NCBI GenBank assembly: GCA_022840695.1
Contig: JALHDC010000003.1
Coordinates: 11,538 to 75,537, forward strand
DNA: 64,000 nt
Direction: 5' to 3'
From: a bacterium
GTDB taxonomy: Bacteria > Patescibacteriota > Dojkabacteria > SC72
The number at the start of each line of letters is the position of its first letter. Position 1 is the first letter of the stretch. The position numbers and the translations under genes were made by a program. Of this stretch, positions 59,715 to 64,000 are shown piece after piece. The notes under the pieces were generated by a model that did not search any database, was not told the origin of the DNA, and saw nothing but the letters and a program-made list of their open reading frames with translations.

Positions 59715-60740
59715 AAGGGCTAGCAACTCAAACAGTTGATGTCTGAGTGAAAAAATATTGGCGTAATTCGCGAAGGATAGCCAGGAGCGCACGGAGTCTG
59801 TAATCCCCGAAGAATTCGTTTTCTCCTTAATATTCTTCACAAATCGTAAAATTGTGCTTTTCCTAATAAGTTTATAGTGCCTGAACACTTTATAGCCCAG
59901 GAAAGATATCCCCTTCTCCACAGGGTATAGAGCCACCTTCTTCTTATGTAATTCCAATCGCAGCTCCCTCCTCAAGAATTCTCGCAAAATGCCCTCAAGT
60001 TCATGAAGTCTCCTCTTCTCATTACCCAAAATTAAAAAATCGTCCATATATCGGATATAATATTTCTCCCCCAGATCATGTTTAACAAATTGATCTAACT
60101 CATTCAAATACAAATTTGCAAAAAGCTGACTAGTCAAATTCCCAATGGGAATCCCCGTCTCACAAAAATTAAACAAATCATAATGAACCCTACGGGAAAA
60201 AGAACTCTTTATAATTTTTTCAACCAACCACAAAACATTAACATCCCTAACCTTCCTTCTTATCAAATCAAATAGTACTTGATGGTCAATACTATCGAAA
60301 TATTTAGAGATATCACATTTTAGACAATAAACGTTGCCCTCCCCCCAGCATTCTTCCGCAGATTGAATAAACTTATCCAAACGTTTAATTGCCTTATGAG
60401 TCCCTTTCCCTTTCCTACAAGCATAACTATCGTAAATAAATCCCCTATCAAATATCGGTTCCAAAACTGTACATAACGCATGATGAACCACCCTATCCCT
60501 AAAAGGCGCAGCCTTTATCTCCCTCTTTTTCGCATCATACAATGTAAATTGATAGTACTCCCCATGCTTATAAGCCTTATTCATTAAATCATCTTGCAAT
60601 TTCATTATTTCCCCCTCTACATCCCAAGAGAAATCCAAAACGTACTCTTTATACCTCTTACACTTTCGAGCTTTTAAATAAGCGCCGTAAAGGTTCTCAA
60701 AACTACACACATCTTCATAAAGATTCTTATACGTCTTCAT
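59697..60740 (-). CDS. DGR reverse transcriptase
   Basis: KKREI.AAPFRDRVVHHA, SYACRKGKGTH, DISKYFDSI, GIPIGNLTSQLFAN (DGR-type SQ), YIRYMDD, FLGY; no maturase or endonuclease domain. Confidence 0.95.
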   Translation of the reverse strand: MKTYKNLYEDVCSFENLYGAYLKARKCKRYKEYVLDFSWDVEGEIMKLQDDLMNKAYKHGEYYQFTLYDAKKREIKAAPFRDRVVHHALCTVLEPIFDRGFIYDSYACRKGKGTHKAIKRLDKFIQSAEECWGEGNVYCLKCDISKYFDSIDHQVLFDLIRRKVRDVNVLWLVEKIIKSSFSRRVHYDLFNFCETGIPIGNLTSQLFANLYLNELDQFVKHDLGEKYYIRYMDDFLILGNEKRRLHELEGILREFLRRELRLELHKKKVALYPVEKGISFLGYKVFRHYKLIRKSTILRFVKNIKEKTNSSGITDSVRSWLSFANYANIFSLRHQLFELLALDLLAI

Positions 60741-60928
60741 TCACCAATTAAAAAAGACCTATTAGCCCGAAACTGAACTTTCGCCTAAACTACTAGTACA
60801 ACTTCGGGGTACAGGTCTTAAATTTCTCCCTTTTAATTAAAATTTACTCGGGAAGGAAAAAGATCAGTATTCTTTTTGACCTTGGCTTGTATCCTTGGAT
60901 ACTTCACTCTAGTCTAGTACTCAAAGAG
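60741..60928 (-). ncRNA. DGR RNA spacer between TR and RT (structured)
   Basis: Nested complementary blocks AAGACCT/AGGTCTT and CCCGAA/TTCGGG, hairpin GTATCC-AA-GGATAC, CTAGTAG...CGAA; position directly 3' of TR. Confidence 0.55.
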
Positions 60929-61046
60929 TACCACGCGCAACGGAACCCTATGTTACTGTTCGTATTAGATGGTACATTGTTAAGATTCATCGTAAATGCT
61001 CCTGCATTCGTTCCATTATTCCAATTACCACCCCGTTGAAGGGCGC
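60929..61046 (-). repeat. DGR template repeat (TR)
   Basis: 118-bp ungapped match to 61490-61607; 19 mismatches, all at TR adenines; reads ALQRGGNWNNGTNAGAFTMNLNNVPSNTNSNIGFRCAW (10 AAY codons). Confidence 0.97.
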
Positions 61047-61095
61047 TGGCGATCTAATCCCCTGCCTCAATAAGGCACAAAATATATTGAAAGAA

Positions 61096-61431
61096 CTAAC
61101 TCACACTCTTTAACCAACCCCCTAACATCTTTCCTATTTCATTAATATGTCCCGATACAAACTCGTATTGGCGAATACTAATAAATTTAAAATCCTTACT
61201 TAGTCTTATCAATACCCTTAATTTATCTAACTTAGTACTTAGTCTTTTTAAGTAAAAAGCCTTATTCCTCTCAGAATTGGCCTCTATAATCCCCTCTAAA
61301 AGTTCTAGAGATGCATTTTCTATCTGTTGGCCTAAAACAAACCTCTGAGACTTAGGAAACTTGTTTATTGTCGGATACAACCACAAAATCAAATCGTAAG
61401 TTTTTTCAAAGATCGCTAAATTTTTGTACAT
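61096..61431 (-). CDS. avd: DGR accessory variability determinant (four-helix bundle)
   Basis: Basic 111-aa protein, KTYDL..W...FPKSQRF.LG..I...EIGKMLGGW; directly upstream of TR. Confidence 0.92.
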   Translation of the reverse strand: MYKNLAIFEKTYDLILWLYPTINKFPKSQRFVLGQQIENASLELLEGIIEANSERNKAFYLKRLSTKLDKLRVLIRLSKDFKFISIRQYEFVSGHINEIGKMLGGWLKSVS

Positions 61432-61466
61432 GATTTTGAATCATTGTACACAATGATTCAAAATCA
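61431..61466. promoter_or_regulatory. DGR target-recognition hairpin/cruciform downstream of VR
   Basis: Perfect 16-bp inverted repeat TGATTTTGAATCATTG-4 nt-CAATGATTCAAAATCA, 22 nt after the target stop. Confidence 0.8.
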
Positions 61467-61488
61467 ATCAAATCATCAAATATCTACA

Positions 61489-62460
61489 CTACCACGCGCA
61501 ACGGAACCCCATGCCACTGTCCGCATAAGAAGGTACATAGGTAAGAGACATCGCAAATGCCCCCGCATTCGTACCACTACTCCAATTACCACCCCGCCGA
61601 AGGGCGCGTAATGCTGTAGTATTTCCTCCATAACGCTGATCATTAGTTGCTAGGGTATTTCCACATATACCGTCTGGGGTATTACAAGCTACCCAAACAG
61701 ACCAGTTATTTGCATATGGATAACTCTCATAGGTAAATCCATCTACCCTATCCCACACATTTCCTCCAAAGTCCCATACATACTCACCATTAGATAATTG
61801 GTATGTTCTTCTTTGACTATTCCAAGTCGTTATATTACATGTCTGCCCTGTCCCTGAGCAGGGATCATCATCTGTACTTGCCGCCAGTGAATTCCCTGGG
61901 GTACTATCACTATGTCCATCACTCATTTGCCCAGAACCTGCAGTACCTCCACTCCAGTTCCATCCTACCTGCTCAACATTTTTGGCTATCTGGAGCCACT
62001 CTCTTTCGGTAATTAAATGCTTGCCAGATGCTTCGCAGGCTGTCCTGGCATCGTATTGAGTAATAGAGACCCAAGGAGTCCCCGCTGCAACCGACACCGC
62101 AGCAGAACCACTCTGTTTAGCCTCATACTTGTCAACACAAAAACCCGTTCCACCGTTACCTGGTGGCACCGGAATCATCCCCGTCGGACAATTCGTCGGC
62201 CCCGATACAGTCTCCCCCGCCACACCCCGAATTCTATTCATCACAGCCCCCCAATCCCCCCACTCCCCCGATGAGTCACTCCCGACCCCCTCGTCCTTCA
62301 ATAACTCATAGATCTCCGTCAACCTCGAGGTCTTACCCGACTCCGGCGTCCCCACAAATTGCTCGGCAAACGTTGTTGCCCCAAGGAAGACTCCGAACAC
62401 CCCAAAGAAAAAGGCAGAGAAAATAAAGACGTAAAGCTTGTTAAACTTAGGCAATTTCAT
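61489..62460 (-). CDS. DGR target protein, FGE-sulfatase-type C-type lectin fold with N-terminal signal/TM
   Basis: CPTGMIPV, FCVDKYEA, PWVSI...A..AC, LITEREW, DFGGNVWD, RGGNW...GFRC; VR at the 3' end. Confidence 0.93.
   Translation of the reverse strand: MKLPKFNKLYVFIFSAFFFGVFGVFLGATTFAEQFVGTPESGKTSRLTEIYELLKDEGVGSDSSGEWGDWGAVMNRIRGVAGETVSGPTNCPTGMIPVPPGNGGTGFCVDKYEAKQSGSAAVSVAAGTPWVSITQYDARTACEASGKHLITEREWLQIAKNVEQVGWNWSGGTAGSGQMSDGHSDSTPGNSLAASTDDDPCSGTGQTCNITTWNSQRRTYQLSNGEYVWDFGGNVWDRVDGFTYESYPYANNWSVWVACNTPDGICGNTLATNDQRYGGNTTALRALRRGGNWSSGTNAGAFAMSLTYVPSYADSGMGFRCAW
61490..61607 (-). repeat. DGR variable repeat (VR)
   Basis: Encodes ALRRGGNWSSGTNAGAFAMSLTYVPSYADSGMGFRCAW; relative to TR it has 12 A>G, 5 A>T and 2 A>C changes. 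Confidence 0.97.
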
Positions 62461-62475
62461 ACTACTAATTAAACA

Positions 62476-62973
62476 TTACTCCTCAATACTTGTCAATCTC
62501 GCGTATAACCTATGTAAGACCTTTAGAGATCGCCTATTGATATATAACCATTTGTATTTACCCTTTTTCCTTACCAATCTAGCCTCCACCGGATTTTGCT
62601 TAAGATACTCTATCATATTCAGTAAGTCCTCATATCCATCTAATTTCCGAGCTTGAAAAGGATTCTGGAATACTGCCCCCAAAAGATTATATTTCCGATT
62701 GAAGTAGGAACAGTAGGCAGTCATAAACCTATGCATAAATTTTGATATATCGGAAACGCTGTTCCCCAATCTAAGTATCATATGATAATGATTGGGTATA
62801 AGACAGTACCCGACCAATACAATGTCATACTTTTTCAAATATTTAAGCATTAAATTGCAAAAGTGCTGATAATCCTTCTTTTCTTGGAATATCAAAGATC
62901 TCCTATGCCCTCTATTATAAATATGGTAGTACTTCTCTTTTTCATATAAATATTTGCACTTTGGTTTGCCCAT
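62476..62973 (-). mobile_element. REP-associated tyrosine transposase (RAYT) copy 2
   Basis: YYHIYNRG, YCLIPNHYHMI (HUH), RFMTAYC, GAVFQ, YLKQNPVEA. Confidence 0.85.
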
Positions 62974-63015
62974 ATCTCTATTCTAGCAGGGGAAAATGAA
63001 ATTCCGATGAACTGA

Positions 63016-63044
63016 AGGTCTTACCTAGGTCTGACCTCTGACCT
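63016..63044. repeat. REP-like doublet AGGTCTTACCTAGGTCTGACCT plus an extra CTGACCT
   Basis: Same motif as 45802-45823; 42 bp upstream of the RAYT copy 2 start. Confidence 0.85.
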
Positions 63045-63075
63045 CGGGAGGAGGATAGTGTTATAATTTAGTATT

Positions 63076-63696
63076 ATGTTATCAGTTGAAACTATTTACT
63101 GGGTGGTTTTTGCGGTTCCGTCGATTTTGATTGCATCGACTATTCATGAGTATTCTCACGGGTTGGCAGCGTTTAAGCTGGGGGACCCAACGGCGAAAGC
63201 GGAAGGCCGTCTAACATTAAATCCCCTAGCCCATATCGACCCACTAGGCGCACTTTCAATGATATTTCTTAGATTTGGATGGAGCAAGCCAGTACCTATT
63301 AATGAGTATAATTTCGAAAGAAGGGAACTTGGAACAGCAATAACTGCACTAGCTGGACCACTCTCTAATATGCTAATAGCCCTGCTCATGGGTCTAATCA
63401 ATTTCGTTTTCAGAATTAATCCCTTCTCAATTTTAGGTTCCTTGCTCCTCACCTTCACTATGGTTAATCTAGGTTTAGCATTTTTCAATTTAATCCCAAT
63501 CCCACCATTAGATGGACATAAGATAGTAAGAGCTATATTGCCAAGGAAACTAAGATATTACTGGGAGGATTTGGAGAAATTCCGTATAGTATTGTTGATT
63601 ATAGTAATAGTACCAATAACCCCTCAGGGATCACTAGCATCCATATTTATTACCACAACTATAACAAAAAGTTTACAGTTACTAGGATTCCTCTAG
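63076..63696 (+). CDS. Site-2 protease (M50, YwhC-like)
   Basis: HEYSH, GDPTAK..GRLTLNPLAHID, AGPLSN, FNLIPIPPLDG. Confidence 0.92.
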   Translation: MLSVETIYWVVFAVPSILIASTIHEYSHGLAAFKLGDPTAKAEGRLTLNPLAHIDPLGALSMIFLRFGWSKPVPINEYNFERRELGTAITALAGPLSNMLIALLMGLINFVFRINPFSILGSLLLTFTMVNLGLAFFNLIPIPPLDGHKIVRAILPRKLRYYWEDLEKFRIVLLIIVIVPITPQGSLASIFITTTITKSLQLLGFL

Positions 63697-63756
63697 AATA
63701 GGCCTTATAGGCTCAAATATATTTGTATTACAACACTTTCTCAAGGTAAAATATAA

Positions 63757-63904
63757 GTGCTCTAGATGGAATCCTGTGGTTTCATAGCTCCATACAAAAG
63801 AGCTTAGGGATCCCAAACAGTAAAAATTACTTGGTCCCGTGGGACTGAGTTGCGGGAACCCACTTTAAATACAGAGCTCTATGACTCCACACCATCTAGA
63901 GCAT
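63757..63904 (+). ncRNA. ssrS: Probable 6S RNA
   Basis: Rod-like fold: TGCTCTAGATGG/CCATCTAGAGCA, TGTGG/CCACA, TCATAG/CTATGA, central A-rich bubble, GGGATCCC/GGGAACCC; upstream TTGTAT-18-TAAAAT. Confidence 0.6.
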
Positions 63905-63959
63905 TTTTTCTCTCATATTGACTATATTTTCTACATATATTAAACTTGCAACTGCGAAA

Positions 63960-64000
63960 GCCGAAGTAGCTCAGTTGGTCAGAGCAACTGTTTTGTAAAC
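63960..64000 (+). tRNA. tRNA-Thr(TGT), truncated by window end
   Basis: GCCGAAG-TAGCTCAGTTGGTCAGAGC-A-ACTGT-TTTGTAA-AC...; upstream TTGACT-17-TAAACT. Confidence 0.85.

Noticed and set aside
59513-59716. 67-aa ORF with an internal 32-aa repeat
   Set aside because: It is a by-product of the 96-bp tandem duplication (a multiple of 3) and overlaps the RT end.
59697-60740. RT as a group II intron, retron or CRISPR-associated RT
   Set aside because: It has no maturase or endonuclease domain and no cas genes nearby; the SQ motif, avd and an adenine-specific TR/VR pair identify a DGR.
62017-62426. Pro/Arg-rich plus-strand ORFs
   Set aside because: They are antisense shadows of the G-rich 5' part of the DGR target.
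63757-63904. SRP RNA, tmRNA or a terminator
   Set aside because: It lacks the SRP domain IV GGAA-loop motif and tRNA-like ends, and is too long and multi-stemmed for a terminator.

Overview
This is a low-GC, gene-dense bacterial chromosome segment with most genes on the minus strand. The gene content suggests a Patescibacteria/CPR organism, plausibly Ca. Dojkabacteria (WS6); this is an inference, not a database result. Most of the window is housekeeping: dnaB, rpmE-prfA-prmC, rpsF-ssb-rpsR, ychF, cysS, recR-ybaB-dnaX, mfd, pth, ybeY, rpsU, frr-tsf-rpsB, topA, dprA, mreBCD-pbp2 and rpmB. RNA genes are tRNA-Leu(CAA), tRNA-Ser(TGA), a partial tRNA-Thr(TGT) and a probable 6S RNA. The standout is a complete diversity-generating retroelement (DGR) at about 59.7-62.5 kb, comprising a C-type-lectin-fold target with VR, a hairpin, avd, TR and RT. 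TR and VR align over 118 bp with 19 mismatches, all at TR adenines. The DGR lies 15 bp downstream of a co-oriented REP-associated tyrosine transposase (RAYT), and the whole RAYT+DGR block is bracketed by the same palindromic doublet (AGGTCTKACCT x2). That layout suggests a REP/RAYT-bounded DGR cassette. Other points of interest are a second RAYT with related palindromes inside its own ORF, an RNase/R15P isomerase/AMP phosphorylase cluster and a WxL-like surface cluster. The window also has ribosomal S2 fused to an alpha-CTD-like domain, an EF-Ts with a duplicated N-domain, and many apparently leaderless promoters.
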